The notes beneath the pieces were generated by a model. That model had not been told where the DNA came from. It made no database searches and saw only the letters and a list, made by a program, of their open reading frames with translations. From NCBI GenBank assembly GCA_937942365.1, contig CALDFB010000276.1:1-59427 (forward strand): DNA of 59,427 nt. The letters are read 5' to 3'. This stretch comes from an uncultured Marinicella sp. Lineage in GTDB: Bacteria; Pseudomonadota; Gammaproteobacteria; Xanthomonadales; Marinicellaceae. Each line of letters opens with the position of its first letter. Within the stretch, counting starts at the first letter, position 1. This document shows, one piece after another, positions 20,927 through 31,538 of the stretch. The translations under genes were made by a program, and so were the position numbers.

Positions 20927-21697
20927 TTAAGAACGCAAGCCAATGCCCTTATGTAAGATATACCAAGAAATAAACCCAAGGATTAAAACAAAGGCAATGA
21001 TGATGCCATACGCAATGCCGACATTAATGTCCGAAACGCCCAAAAAGCCGTAGCGGAAAGTATTGACCATATAGAGAACTGGGTTGATCAAAGACACTTT
21101 TTGCCAAAAATCTGGCAGCAGTGAAATCGAATAAAACACCCCGCCCAAATAGGTCAAAGGTGTCAGCACAAAAGTCGGGATGATGGCGATGTCATCAAAT
21201 TTTTTCGCGAACGCTGCATTGATAAAACCACCCAAGGAAAACACGATGGAAGTCAATACCACCGTTGAGATAATAATCCAGACGTTATGGATTTTTATTT
21301 CGGTAAAGAACAAAGAAATGAGGGTCACGATAAAACCCACCATGAGCCCACGGAATAAACTGCCACTGACATAGCCAGTCAAGATGGCCCAATTGGGCAT
21401 GGGCGAAACCAATAACTCTTCCACGTGTTTGGCGAATTTAGCACCGAAAAATGAAGAAACCATATTACCGTATGAAGAGGTAATCACAGCCATCATCACC
21501 AAACCAGGCACAATGAATGACATGTAATCAAAACCACCCATCTGCCCGATTCTGGAACCAATCAAATTCCCAAAAATAACAAAATAAAGCGTCATGGTGA
21601 TCGCAGGTGGTAATAATGTCTGTGACCAAATGCGAATAATACGGGTCACTTCTTTACGCACCAGAGTCTTGATGCCAGTGAAAGTCACAGAACTCAT
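20927..21697 (-). CDS. yadH: ABC-2 transporter permease (YadH-like)
   Basis: RIWSQTLLPPAITMTLYFVIFG; PLTYLGGVFYS. Confidence 0.92.
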   Translation of the reverse strand: MSSVTFTGIKTLVRKEVTRIIRIWSQTLLPPAITMTLYFVIFGNLIGSRIGQMGGFDYMSFIVPGLVMMAVITSSYGNMVSSFFGAKFAKHVEELLVSPMPNWAILTGYVSGSLFRGLMVGFIVTLISLFFTEIKIHNVWIIISTVVLTSIVFSLGGFINAAFAKKFDDIAIIPTFVLTPLTYLGGVFYSISLLPDFWQKVSLINPVLYMVNTFRYGFLGVSDINVGIAYGIIIAFVLILGFISWYILHKGIGLRS

Positions 21698-22665
21698 GCA
21701 GCACCTCCTTGAGTGTTTTGGACTGCTTGACGTGTGTTGTTTTCAATCATTTTCACAAATAATTCCTCCAAGCGGTTGGCCTTGTTGCGCATCGATGATA
21801 CGCAGTAGCCAGCTTCATCGATTTGTTTGAATACACTGTTGAGGTTTTTCGATTTGGGCACATCCAATTCAATGCTGTTATCGTCAGTAATGCGTGCATC
21901 CAAAGCTTTTAATAAATCTTTATCAGGTGTTTTGTCTAGATCAAAAATAAACGTCTCAATATCCAAAGTTTTTAACAGGTCTTTGATGGTGGTGTTTTTA
22001 ACAATTTCACCGTGATCAATGATGGCGATGTTTTTACACAACTGTTCTGCTTCTTCTAGATAATGCGTGGTGAGGATAATCGTGGTGCCATTTTTAGCAA
22101 TTTCTTCCACAAATGACCACATCGAACGGCGGATTTCAATGTCCACACCGGCAGTTGGTTCATCCAAAATTAAAATACGCGGTTCATTCACCATCGCACG
22201 CGCAATCATCAAGCGGCGCTTCATACCACCAGACAAGCCACGTGAAATCGTGTCTTTCTTTTCCCACAGTTGTAACTGTTTGAGGTACTTTTCAGTGCGT
22301 TCCAATGCCACTTTTCTGGGTACGCCATAGTACCCCGCTTGATTGGCCACAATATCAATCGGCTTTTCAAACATGTTGAAATTAAACTCTTGAGGGACCA
22401 AACCAATCATGGCTTTAACATCAGTGCGATTTTTCACCAAGTCTTTGCCAAAAGCTTTAACCTCACCTGAGGTCATGTTAACCAATGATGAAATGATACC
22501 AATCAAAGTTGATTTACCGGCGCCATTAGGCCCCAGTAGTGCGAAAATCTCACCGGCTTCAACTTGCAAATCCACACCTTTGAGTGCCTGGGTGCCATCT
22601 TTGTAGGTTTTGACCAGGTTTTTGATGTTTATGGCCAAATGATTGTCGTCTGTTTTTACTTGCAT
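21694..22665 (-). CDS. yadG: ABC transporter ATP-binding protein (YadG-like); start corrected to MQVKTDD
   Basis: GPNGAGKS, LSGGMKRR, ILDEPT; the longer ORF-track version is antisense to the rubredoxin gene. Confidence 0.92.
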   Translation of the reverse strand: MQVKTDDNHLAINIKNLVKTYKDGTQALKGVDLQVEAGEIFALLGPNGAGKSTLIGIISSLVNMTSGEVKAFGKDLVKNRTDVKAMIGLVPQEFNFNMFEKPIDIVANQAGYYGVPRKVALERTEKYLKQLQLWEKKDTISRGLSGGMKRRLMIARAMVNEPRILILDEPTAGVDIEIRRSMWSFVEEIAKNGTTIILTTHYLEEAEQLCKNIAIIDHGEIVKNTTIKDLLKTLDIETFIFDLDKTPDKDLLKALDARITDDNSIELDVPKSKNLNSVFKQIDEAGYCVSSMRNKANRLEELFVKMIENNTRQAVQNTQGGAA

Positions 22666-22749
22666 AAATCGCTCTGTTGATGTGTGCCCGGTTGACTTTT
22701 GACAGTTTGACCGTATATTGGCGTCATCTAATAATTTTAACTGTTCCCC

Positions 22750-22920
22750 ATGGAAACTGAATTCAAAAAATATATCTGTGTTGTTTGTGGCCTCATTTAC
22801 GATGAAGCTGAAGGCTGGCCTGATGACGGTATCGAAGCCGGCACACGCTGGGAAGACGTTCCAGAAACCTGGATGTGTCCAGATTGTGGCGTCACCAAAG
22901 AAGACTTTGAGGAGCTGTGA
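22750..22920 (+). CDS. Rubredoxin (56 aa, absent from the ORF track)
   Basis: Translates to [56 protein letters not shown]; two CxxCG motifs. Confidence 0.97.
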   Translation: METEFKKYICVVCGLIYDEAEGWPDDGIEAGTRWEDVPETWMCPDCGVTKEDFEEL

Positions 22921-22947
22921 TCCACAGCTCTTCACCTTCCTTAAACC

Positions 22948-23322
22948 TTAATTTTCAGCTTTAATACACTTCATCAGTTGGTAGTTTCGCCAATGGGCCA
23001 TCACCATCAACACCCCACCAACCACAAACATCGCTGACTCAATCATGATGTCAACTTTGTCTTCCAGCAAAGTACCACCGATTAAAAACCCAAAACCCAA
23101 AACAAACAACCCAACCACACCTTTATCATGATGTCGGCGCCAGCCTCTTGAAAATGACCACACCGCAATCACCGCAATGGCGCTTAACCAAATCCAGCCA
23201 TGACCAAAATGCATCCAATTAGGCACCACCGCAGTGATGCTGAGTAAAATCGGCAACATGGCACATTGTATGGCACAGAGGCCAGACATAAATATACCTA
23301 TTTTATCGGTGGTTGAATTCAT
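22948..23322 (-). CDS. MerC-domain membrane protein (start MNSTTDKIG)
   Basis: DKIGIFMSGLCAIQC; GWRRHH; AHWRN; four TM helices. Confidence 0.85.
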   Translation of the reverse strand: MNSTTDKIGIFMSGLCAIQCAMLPILLSITAVVPNWMHFGHGWIWLSAIAVIAVWSFSRGWRRHHDKGVVGLFVLGFGFLIGGTLLEDKVDIMIESAMFVVGGVLMVMAHWRNYQLMKCIKAEN

Positions 23323-23496
23323 TGAGGTGCATAGTTTGGATACAAAAAAATGGCATAATAACAGATATGGGATTTTTCTGTGTAGGTACAAGCCAATAAT
23401 CCACTTCTTTTGTCTCTTTCTCACCAGAACACCAAAGGTTTAATGGCTTTTAGCCTATAATCTAAACAGATACCGAACAAAGGGGCCACACAAAAC

Positions 23497-25716
23497 ATGC
23501 AACGCAAGAAAATCGTACTTTCCATCACACTGGCATTGGGCTTGGCCCAAAATCAAGTTCATGCACAATTTGACTTTGATCCTGTTATTCAGCTTGGGGA
23601 TATAAATGGCACCATTGGCTTTCGTCTGGACGGTGTGGCAGCAGGAGACTTCTCTGGCATCGCCGTGAGTACTGCAGGTGATGTCAACGGTGATGGTTTG
23701 GATGACCTCATTATCGGGGCTGATAGAGCCGACCCGAATGGCAGTTCTTCCGGCAGCAGCTATGTGGTGTTTGGTAACAATACAGGGTTTAACGCAACGA
23801 TCAATCTGAGCACGCTGGATGGTAGCAACGGCTTCCGACTCGATGGCGCAGCAGAAAACGACTTCTCTGGCCGAGCAGTGAGCGCAGCAGGTGATGTCAA
23901 TGGCGATGGCTTTGATGACCTGCTGATCGGCGCTTTTGGGGCTGGTTCAATTTCTGGTAGCAGCTATGTGGTGTTTGGTAACAATACAGGATTTAACGCA
24001 ACGATGAACCTGAGCACGCTGGATGGCAGCAATGGTTTTCGACTCGATGGCACAGCAGAATATGATGCTTCCGGACGCGCAGTAAGCACAGCTGGTGATG
24101 TCAATGGCGATGGCTTTGATGATCTGCTGATCGGGGCTTATGGTGCCGACCTAAATGACGGTTTATCAGGAAGCAGTTACCTGGTATTTGGGACGAATAC
24201 TGGATTTAATGCTACGCTGGACTTGAGCACACTGGATGGCAGCAACGGTTTTCGACTCGATGGCGCAGCAGAAAACGACTTCTCTGGCAGAACAGTGAGC
24301 ACGGCAGGTGATGTCAATGGCGATGGCTTTGATGACCTGCTGATCGGGGCTGTAGGGGCTACCCCGAATGGTACTTATTCCGGCAGCAGCTACGTGGTGT
24401 TTGGTAAGAGTACTCCGTTTACCGCCACACAGAACCTGAGTACGCTGGATGGCACCAACGGCTTCCGCCTCGATGGCGCGGCATCTGACCGATCCGGCGA
24501 TGCAGTGAGCGCAGCTGGCGATGTCAATGGCGATGGCTTTGATGACCTGCTGATCGGGGCCGTAGGGGCTGGTTCATTTTCTGGTAGAAGCTACGTGGTA
24601 TTTGGTAAGAGCGCCCCTTTTACCGCCACAATGAACCTGAGCACGTTGGATGGCACCAACGGCTTCCGCCTCGATGGCGCGGCATCTGACCGATCCGGCG
24701 ATGCAGTGAGCGCAGCTGGCGATGTCAATGGCGATGGTTTTGATGACCTACTGATCGGGGCTATTGGGGCTGAGCCTAATGGCTCTAGTTCCGGTAGCAG
24801 TTATGTGGTATTTGGTAAAGACACTGGGTTTAATGCCACGCAGAACTTGAACACGCTCGATGGCACCAACGGCTTCCGCCTGGATGGCGCAGCAAACGGT
24901 GATTTTTCTGGCGGTTCAGTTAGCACAGCTGGCGATATCAATGGTGATGGCTTTGATGATCTGCTGTTTGGGGCTTATGGTGCCGACCCCAATGGTTCTT
25001 TTTCCGGCAGCAGTTATGTGTTTTTTGGCCGTACTGCTGGTATTCCATTGATAAATTTCGACCAGGAACTGTTTAATTTTGGCGATACCATACTGGGCAC
25101 CAGCAGCGATGTAGCCACCGTCACATTAAGCAACCCGGGAACCGGTAACGCCTCGATCGTTACCATTAACTTGGCTGACCCTGCATTCTCAATCACCGGT
25201 GGCAGCTGCGGCACGACACCCTTCCTCATCCAATTCGGTGAATCTTGCACACTGGATCTACAATTCACACCACAAGCAGTAGGTAGCGCTTTGATAAAAA
25301 CAGTGTTTGAAGGTAACTCCTTCACCACCCCCGACTCAATCACTCTGGCAGGCAATGGCGTGCTACCGCCAATGGTCTCTTTACAACCTGATCCATTGGT
25401 CTTTATGGACACCCCAGTTGGAAACAGCAACATCGAAACACTTACTGTCGAAAACATCGGCCAAAATAGCACCTTGGAACCCGGAATGGTTTCCATCCTA
25501 GGCACCGATGCGGCTGATTTCAGCATAGCCATGAATAACTGCATGGGCGCACAACTAGAACTCAATCAATCCTGTGACATCGAGGTGAGTTTTACCCCAA
25601 GTGCAGCTGGCACCCGAGAGGCCGTGTTACAACTTCAGTCCAATGCACCAAGCAGCCCCGACTTTATCGAACTGACAGGTAGCAGCGATGTGATTTTTAA
25701 ATCAGGGTTTGAGTGA
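23497..25716 (+). CDS. Secreted 7x FG-GAP propeller + two ASH/Ig-like (choice-of-anchor D-like) domains + DVIFKSGFE
   Basis: Signal peptide; seven AGD[VI]NGDGxDDL repeats; two Ig-like units (NxG...F...C...CxxxxxFTP). Confidence 0.92.
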   Translation: MQRKKIVLSITLALGLAQNQVHAQFDFDPVIQLGDINGTIGFRLDGVAAGDFSGIAVSTAGDVNGDGLDDLIIGADRADPNGSSSGSSYVVFGNNTGFNATINLSTLDGSNGFRLDGAAENDFSGRAVSAAGDVNGDGFDDLLIGAFGAGSISGSSYVVFGNNTGFNATMNLSTLDGSNGFRLDGTAEYDASGRAVSTAGDVNGDGFDDLLIGAYGADLNDGLSGSSYLVFGTNTGFNATLDLSTLDGSNGFRLDGAAENDFSGRTVSTAGDVNGDGFDDLLIGAVGATPNGTYSGSSYVVFGKSTPFTATQNLSTLDGTNGFRLDGAASDRSGDAVSAAGDVNGDGFDDLLIGAVGAGSFSGRSYVVFGKSAPFTATMNLSTLDGTNGFRLDGAASDRSGDAVSAAGDVNGDGFDDLLIGAIGAEPNGSSSGSSYVVFGKDTGFNATQNLNTLDGTNGFRLDGAANGDFSGGSVSTAGDINGDGFDDLLFGAYGADPNGSFSGSSYVFFGRTAGIPLINFDQELFNFGDTILGTSSDVATVTLSNPGTGNASIVTINLADPAFSITGGSCGTTPFLIQFGESCTLDLQFTPQAVGSALIKTVFEGNSFTTPDSITLAGNGVLPPMVSLQPDPLVFMDTPVGNSNIETLTVENIGQNSTLEPGMVSILGTDAADFSIAMNNCMGAQLELNQSCDIEVSFTPSAAGTREAVLQLQSNAPSSPDFIELTGSSDVIFKSGFE

Positions 25717-25787
25717 CGTGGTGAATACTCATATACGAAGCTTCTTAATAAAATACATTTAGAAATTAAATTAAAGGGTCAATAAAC

Positions 25788-28025
25788 ATGCAACGCAAGA
25801 AAATCGCACTTTCCATCACACTGGCATTGGGCTTGGCCCAAAACCCCGTTCATGCGCAATTTGACTCTGTGATTCAACTGAGTGATTTAGATGGCACCAC
25901 TGGTTTCCGCCTGGATGGTGTTGCGACATTCGACCAGTCAGGCAGCGCAGTGAGTTCTGCTGGTGATATCAATGGCGATGGCTTTGATGACCTCATTATC
26001 GGTGCTAATAATGCTGACCCGAACGGCGTTAGTTCCGGCAGCAGCTATGTGGTGTTTGGTAAGGGTACTCCGTTTACCGCCTCACTGAATCTGAGCATGC
26101 TGGATGGAACCAACGGATTCCGGCTTGATGGCGAAGCAGCGAATGACTTCTCAGGTTTCGCAGTGAGCGCAGCTGGTGATATCAATGGCGATGGTTTTGA
26201 TGACCTTATTATCAGTACACCTTTCACTGACCCGAACGGCCTTCGCTCCGGCAGCAGCTACGTGGTGTTTGGCACCAATCTCCCGTTTAATCCCACAATT
26301 AACTTGGGCACGCTGAATGGCAGCAATGGTTTTCGACTCGATGGCGCAACAGAATATGATGATTCCGGACGCGCAGTGAGCACAGCTGGTGATATCAATG
26401 GCGATGGCTTTGATGACCTCATAATTGGGGCTGATGGTGCCAACCCGAACGGCGTTAGTTCCGGCAGCAGCTACGTGGTGTTTGGTAAAAGTACTCCGTT
26501 TACCGCTACGCAGAACTTAAGCACGCTGGATGGAACCAACGGCTTTCGCCTTGATGGCGAAGCGGCGAACGACTTTTCGGGCAGAGATGTGAGTAATGCT
26601 GGTGATGTCAATGGTGATGGCATCGACGATCTCATTATCGGGGCTTTTGGTGCCAGCCCGAACGTCAGTGGTTCTGGCAGCAGCTACGTGGTATTTGGTA
26701 AGAGTACTCCGTTTTCTGCCACACAAAGTTTGAGTACACTGAATGGCAACAACGGCTTCCGACTTGATGGCGAAGCGACCTATGATCTTTCCGGCCGCAG
26801 CGTGAGCGCTGCTGGTGATCTCAATGGTGATGGCTTTGATGACCTCATTATTGGGGCTGATGGTGCTGACCCGAACGGCCTTCGTTCCGGCAGCAGCTAT
26901 GTGGTGTTTGGCAAGAGTACTCCATTTACCACCACGCAGAACTTAAGCATGCTGGATGGCAGCAACGGCTTTCGTCTTGATGGTGAAGCGACGGACGACT
27001 ATTCGGGCAGAAATGTGAGTGCAGCTGGCGATGTCAATGGCGATGGCTTTGATGATCTCATTATCGGGGCTGATGGTGCTGACCCAAATGGCAGTTTATC
27101 TGGAAGCAGTTACGTGGTATTTGGGACGAATACTGGATTAAATGCTACACTGAATCTGGGCACGCTGGATGGAACCAACGGCTTCCGACTTGATGGCGAA
27201 GCGGCCCTTGACTCTTCCGGCCGCGAAGTGAGCACAGCAGGTGATGTTAATGGCGATGGCATTGATGACCTCATTATCGGTGCACCTTTTGCTGACCCGA
27301 ACGTCAGTAATTCCGGCAGCAGCTACGTGGTGTTTGGTCGACTCACTGGATTTCCATTGGTCAATTTCGATGTGAACCTGATTGATTTTGGTGATACAAC
27401 ACTAGGGACCAGCAGCAATACAAGCACCGTAACCTTAAGTAATCCCGGTACCGGTCTGGTCACCATTGATGGCATTAACCTGGCAGATCCTGCATTCGCC
27501 ATCACCGGTGGCGACTGTGGCACGCCACCATTCTTCATCGGCGTCAACGAAACCTGCACACTTGACCTGCAGTTCACACCGCAAGTAATTGGTACCACGG
27601 TAACCAAGGCCATTGTTGAGAGTAATTCAGCCTCAAGCCCCGACTCATTCTTCCTGATTGGCAACGGCGTGCTGCCACCAATGGTCTCTTTACAACCCGA
27701 TCCGCTGGTCTTTATGGACACCCCAGTTGGAAACAGCAGCACCGAAACACTCACGGTCGAAAACATCGGCCCAAGTAGCACCTTGGAACCCGGAATGGTT
27801 TCTATCCTAGGCGCTGATGCGGCTGATTTCAGCATCACCACAAACAACTGCCTCGGCGCACAACTAGAACTCAACCAGTCTTGTGACATTGAAATCAGTT
27901 TTACACCCAGCGTAGCCGGCACCCGCGCAGCGATGATACAGCTGGAGTCCAATGCACCCAGCAGCCCCGACTTTGTTGAACTGCTGGGCAGCAGTGATGT
28001 GATTTTTAAGTCTGGGTTTGAGTGA
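25788..28025 (+). CDS. Secreted 7x FG-GAP propeller + two ASH/Ig-like domains + DVIFKSGFE (paralog of 23497)
   Basis: Same architecture; near-identical signal peptide and last Ig domain. Confidence 0.92.
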   Translation: MQRKKIALSITLALGLAQNPVHAQFDSVIQLSDLDGTTGFRLDGVATFDQSGSAVSSAGDINGDGFDDLIIGANNADPNGVSSGSSYVVFGKGTPFTASLNLSMLDGTNGFRLDGEAANDFSGFAVSAAGDINGDGFDDLIISTPFTDPNGLRSGSSYVVFGTNLPFNPTINLGTLNGSNGFRLDGATEYDDSGRAVSTAGDINGDGFDDLIIGADGANPNGVSSGSSYVVFGKSTPFTATQNLSTLDGTNGFRLDGEAANDFSGRDVSNAGDVNGDGIDDLIIGAFGASPNVSGSGSSYVVFGKSTPFSATQSLSTLNGNNGFRLDGEATYDLSGRSVSAAGDLNGDGFDDLIIGADGADPNGLRSGSSYVVFGKSTPFTTTQNLSMLDGSNGFRLDGEATDDYSGRNVSAAGDVNGDGFDDLIIGADGADPNGSLSGSSYVVFGTNTGLNATLNLGTLDGTNGFRLDGEAALDSSGREVSTAGDVNGDGIDDLIIGAPFADPNVSNSGSSYVVFGRLTGFPLVNFDVNLIDFGDTTLGTSSNTSTVTLSNPGTGLVTIDGINLADPAFAITGGDCGTPPFFIGVNETCTLDLQFTPQVIGTTVTKAIVESNSASSPDSFFLIGNGVLPPMVSLQPDPLVFMDTPVGNSSTETLTVENIGPSSTLEPGMVSILGADAADFSITTNNCLGAQLELNQSCDIEISFTPSVAGTRAAMIQLESNAPSSPDFVELLGSSDVIFKSGFE

Positions 28026-28187
28026 GATATACATCTGACTTTAATTCACTGGTGTGGTGAAAACTGAACTTCAAGGTTTAACCAAAAACACACGTACGCT
28101 GTGTAAAATACCACTTCTTTCTCTCCAGTGAATTGAGCCCTGTAAGCGTCATTAAAGTGGAGTGGTTTAAAACTCAAGGGTATAAAA

Positions 28188-29780
28188 ATGCAACGAAAAA
28201 AGATCACTTTAGCGGTTTCAATGGCCTTGTGCCTGACACACATGCACAGTGCCAATGCTCAATTTGAACCCACCATTGAACTGGCCGATCTTAATGGCTT
28301 AAATGGCATCAGATTCAATGGCGTCGCTGAGTTCGATAACACCGGTGTTTCAGTCTCGTCAGCTGGTGACATCAACGGTGATGGCATAGATGATCTGATC
28401 ATCGGCGCCAATGATGCTGATCCAAATGGGACTGATCGTGCTGGCAGCAGTTATGTGGTGTTTGGTACATCCATTGGTTTACCCAGTCCCTTTGAGTTAT
28501 CAACTTTAAATGGCAGCAATGGTTTCACCATTAACGGGGTTGCTGATGTAGACTTGTCAGGTTTTTCAGTCGATGGGGCTGGAGACATCAATGGCGATGG
28601 CTTTGATGACTTAATCATTGGTGCGCTGTATGCCGATGTGAATGGTGCCAAGGATGCTGGCAGCGCCTATGTGGTGTTTGGTTCAAATACTGGTTTACCC
28701 AACCCGTTGAATTTATCCGACCTTGATGGCAACAACGGCTTTGCGCTTCATGGGATTGGCATGGGTGACCGAACCGGAAGAGCTGTCAGTGCTGCAGGTG
28801 ATATCAACGGTGATGGCATCGATGACTTGGCTATTTCTGCAGATCGTGCCAGCCCAGGTGGCAGCAACAGTGCTGGCAGCGCCTATGTGGTATTTGGCTC
28901 GAACAGTGACTTACCCAACCCTTTTAATCTATCCAGTCTCAACGGTAACAATGGCTTCACCATCAATGGCTCTTCATCTTTTGACCAGGTAGGCACTTCC
29001 GTCAGCACAGCAGGGGACATCAATGGCGATGGCATAGATGATCTGATCATCGGCGCTGATAGCGCAGGCACAACAGGTAGCACATATGTGGTGTTTGGCT
29101 CCGATAATGGTATACCCAATCCTTTCAGTTTATCTGCCATCAACGGTACCAACGGGTTTTCCATCAATGGCGAGGCCAGTGGCGATTTGTTAGGTTTTTC
29201 AGTCAGTGCTGCGGGCGATGTTAACCACGATGGCATAGATGATTTAATTGTAGGTGCCCGTGGTGCTGATCCGAGTGGTAACAGTTTTGCTGGCAGCAGC
29301 TACGTCATTTATGGGTCTGATTCTGGTATTCCTCACCCTTTTGATTTATCAACCCTTAATGGTACCAATGGATTTGCTCTCAACGGTATAGCAGAAAATG
29401 ATTACTCTGGCATTTCAGTCAGTGCAACTGGCGACATCAATGGTGATGGTATGGATGATCTGATCATCGGAGCCAGCGGTGCAGACCCTAATGGCTCAAA
29501 TAGTGCCGGCAGTGCTTATGTGGTATTTGGTTCTGACGCGGGCATTTCACACCCTTTTGATTTATCGGCCCTCAATGGAGTTAACGGTTTTACTGTCAAT
29601 GGTGTTTCGAATTCAGACACCACCGGTTATTCAGTCAGCGAAGCGGGTGATTTCAACGGTGATGGTTTGAACGACATATTGATAGGTGCTCGCAGGGCAG
29701 ATCCTGATGGTAACAGCAGTGCTGGCAGCAGCTATGTGGTGTTTGGTAATGATGTGATTTTTAAAAGTGGGTTTGAGTAA
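28188..29780 (+). CDS. Secreted 7x FG-GAP propeller + DVIFKSGFE
   Basis: Seven FG-GAP repeats; no Ig stalk. Confidence 0.92.
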   Translation: MQRKKITLAVSMALCLTHMHSANAQFEPTIELADLNGLNGIRFNGVAEFDNTGVSVSSAGDINGDGIDDLIIGANDADPNGTDRAGSSYVVFGTSIGLPSPFELSTLNGSNGFTINGVADVDLSGFSVDGAGDINGDGFDDLIIGALYADVNGAKDAGSAYVVFGSNTGLPNPLNLSDLDGNNGFALHGIGMGDRTGRAVSAAGDINGDGIDDLAISADRASPGGSNSAGSAYVVFGSNSDLPNPFNLSSLNGNNGFTINGSSSFDQVGTSVSTAGDINGDGIDDLIIGADSAGTTGSTYVVFGSDNGIPNPFSLSAINGTNGFSINGEASGDLLGFSVSAAGDVNHDGIDDLIVGARGADPSGNSFAGSSYVIYGSDSGIPHPFDLSTLNGTNGFALNGIAENDYSGISVSATGDINGDGMDDLIIGASGADPNGSNSAGSAYVVFGSDAGISHPFDLSALNGVNGFTVNGVSNSDTTGYSVSEAGDFNGDGLNDILIGARRADPDGNSSAGSSYVVFGNDVIFKSGFE

Positions 29781-29921
29781 TTAGGTTTTACTTAACTAAT
29801 ATCTCAGCTATTTTGGTTTTTTTAAATCCATATTTTTAACATTAACGAATAACAAACAATTTATTTGTTATCATTTCATCGCTGTGTTTTTAGCTTCATT
29901 AAATCAATAAGGAAATCAATC

Positions 29922-31499
29922 ATGCGATTCAAAAAAAATAAAATAGTTATGGGTGTTACTCTTGCACTAAGCTTTTCCCAAAACAATGCTTTTGCTCAAT
30001 TTGATCCTGTAATCCAACTCAATGAGTTAAATGGTACAAACGGTTTTCGTATAGATGGAGAATCTTTGGCAGATCGCTCTGGTTTTTCAGTCAGTACTGC
30101 AGGAGATTTTAATGGTGATGGAGTCGATGACCTCATTATTGGAGCTTATCAAGCTGACCCTGGTGGTACTGACTCCGGTAGCAGCTATGTTATTTTTGGC
30201 ACAAATGTCGGGGTGGGTTCTTCATTTAGTCTAAGTTCTTTAGATGGCTCTAACGGTTTTCGCCTCGATGGTGCGACAAAGGGTGAACGATCTGGTCTAG
30301 CGGTGAGCGATGTTGGCGATGTTAATGGCGATGGTATTGGTGATATAATTATTGGAGCACCTCGTGCCAATCCAAATATGAGTTATTCAGGCAGTAGTTA
30401 CGTGGTGTTTGGTTCTGACGTTTTATTCGATGCCACATTGGGCCTCAGTTCACTTGATGGCTCCAATGGCTTTCGTCTTGACGGCGAAACTTTAGGTGAT
30501 TTATCAGGCAGCGCAGTAAGTGCAGCTGGAGATATCAATGGTGATGGAATTGATGATATAGTCATCGGTGCATACAACGCTGATCTCAATGGCGCTTTTT
30601 CAGGAAGCAGCTATGTGGTTTTTGGCAGCAGTGGATTCAATGCCACACTGAATCTCAGTACATTAGATGGCTCTAATGGCTTTCGCCTAGATGGCATGGC
30701 ATTTGAGTCTTCTGGCGGTGCTGTAAGCAGTGCTGGTGATGTTAATGGCGATGGCATTGACGACCTTATCATCGGTGCTCAGTATGCGGACAATAATGGG
30801 AGCTCATCTGGTAGTACTTACCTGGTATTTGGTACCAAAACAGAATTTAGTGCTACACTGGATCTCAGTACTTTGGATGGTGTCAACGGCTTTAGGATAG
30901 ATGGTACCTCGGCCAGAGACTTACTTGGCAGGTCAATAAGCCGTGCTGGTGACGTCAATGATGATGGCATTGATGATATTATCATTGGGGCGCCTCGTGC
31001 CGATTATAGTGGTGTTGATTCTGGCAGCACTTATGTGGTGTTTGGTTCAAATGCTGGATTTGATGCCACGTTTAATGTCGAATCCCTTAATGGCATCAAC
31101 GGTTTTCGGATTGATGGTACTACTGCTGATGAACGATCCGGTACTGCAGTAAACAAAGCGGGGGATGTCAACGGTGATGGCATTGATGATATTATCATTG
31201 GGGCACCTCTTGCCGACGTTAATGACGACGATTCTGGCAGTAGCTACTTAGTATTTGGTCGCAGCACCGCTTTTGAAGCCAGTTTAAATTTAAGTAGTCT
31301 GAATGGATCAAATGGCTTCCGACTCGATGATTCAGGGGTAGGTAATTTTTCTGGGTTTGCAGTAAGTTCTGCTGGTGATTTTAATGGTGATGGCATGAGT
31401 GACGTCATTATTGGAGCCTACAATGCTAACAACAGTGTTGGCAGTAGCTATGTGGTTTATGGAAAAACTGACGTTATATTTATGGACAGCTTTGAATAA
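29922..31499 (+). CDS. Secreted 7x FG-GAP propeller + DVIFMDSFE (start corrected to MRFKKNK)
   Basis: aagga RBS before ATG 29922; seven FG-GAP repeats. Confidence 0.92.
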   Translation: MRFKKNKIVMGVTLALSFSQNNAFAQFDPVIQLNELNGTNGFRIDGESLADRSGFSVSTAGDFNGDGVDDLIIGAYQADPGGTDSGSSYVIFGTNVGVGSSFSLSSLDGSNGFRLDGATKGERSGLAVSDVGDVNGDGIGDIIIGAPRANPNMSYSGSSYVVFGSDVLFDATLGLSSLDGSNGFRLDGETLGDLSGSAVSAAGDINGDGIDDIVIGAYNADLNGAFSGSSYVVFGSSGFNATLNLSTLDGSNGFRLDGMAFESSGGAVSSAGDVNGDGIDDLIIGAQYADNNGSSSGSTYLVFGTKTEFSATLDLSTLDGVNGFRIDGTSARDLLGRSISRAGDVNDDGIDDIIIGAPRADYSGVDSGSTYVVFGSNAGFDATFNVESLNGINGFRIDGTTADERSGTAVNKAGDVNGDGIDDIIIGAPLADVNDDDSGSSYLVFGRSTAFEASLNLSSLNGSNGFRLDDSGVGNFSGFAVSSAGDFNGDGMSDVIIGAYNANNSVGSSYVVYGKTDVIFMDSFE

Positions 31500-31538
31500 A
31501 GTAATATGTGATCAAATATTGAATAAAAAACCCGAATT

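Noticed and set aside
22666-22951. 413-aa long form of the ABC ATPase and the 22718-22951 ORF
   Set aside because: Both are shadows of the rubredoxin gene (22750-22920) on the other strand or in another frame.
22948-23322. Mercury resistance locus
   Set aside because: Only a MerC-domain protein (CAIQC variant) is present, with no merR/A/T/P nearby; stand-alone MerC-like genes are common.
25014-27952. Long antisense ORFs 25014-25565 and 27323-27952 and the many short '...PNTT' ORFs
   Set aside because: They are reverse-strand mirrors of the repetitive FG-GAP/Ig genes.
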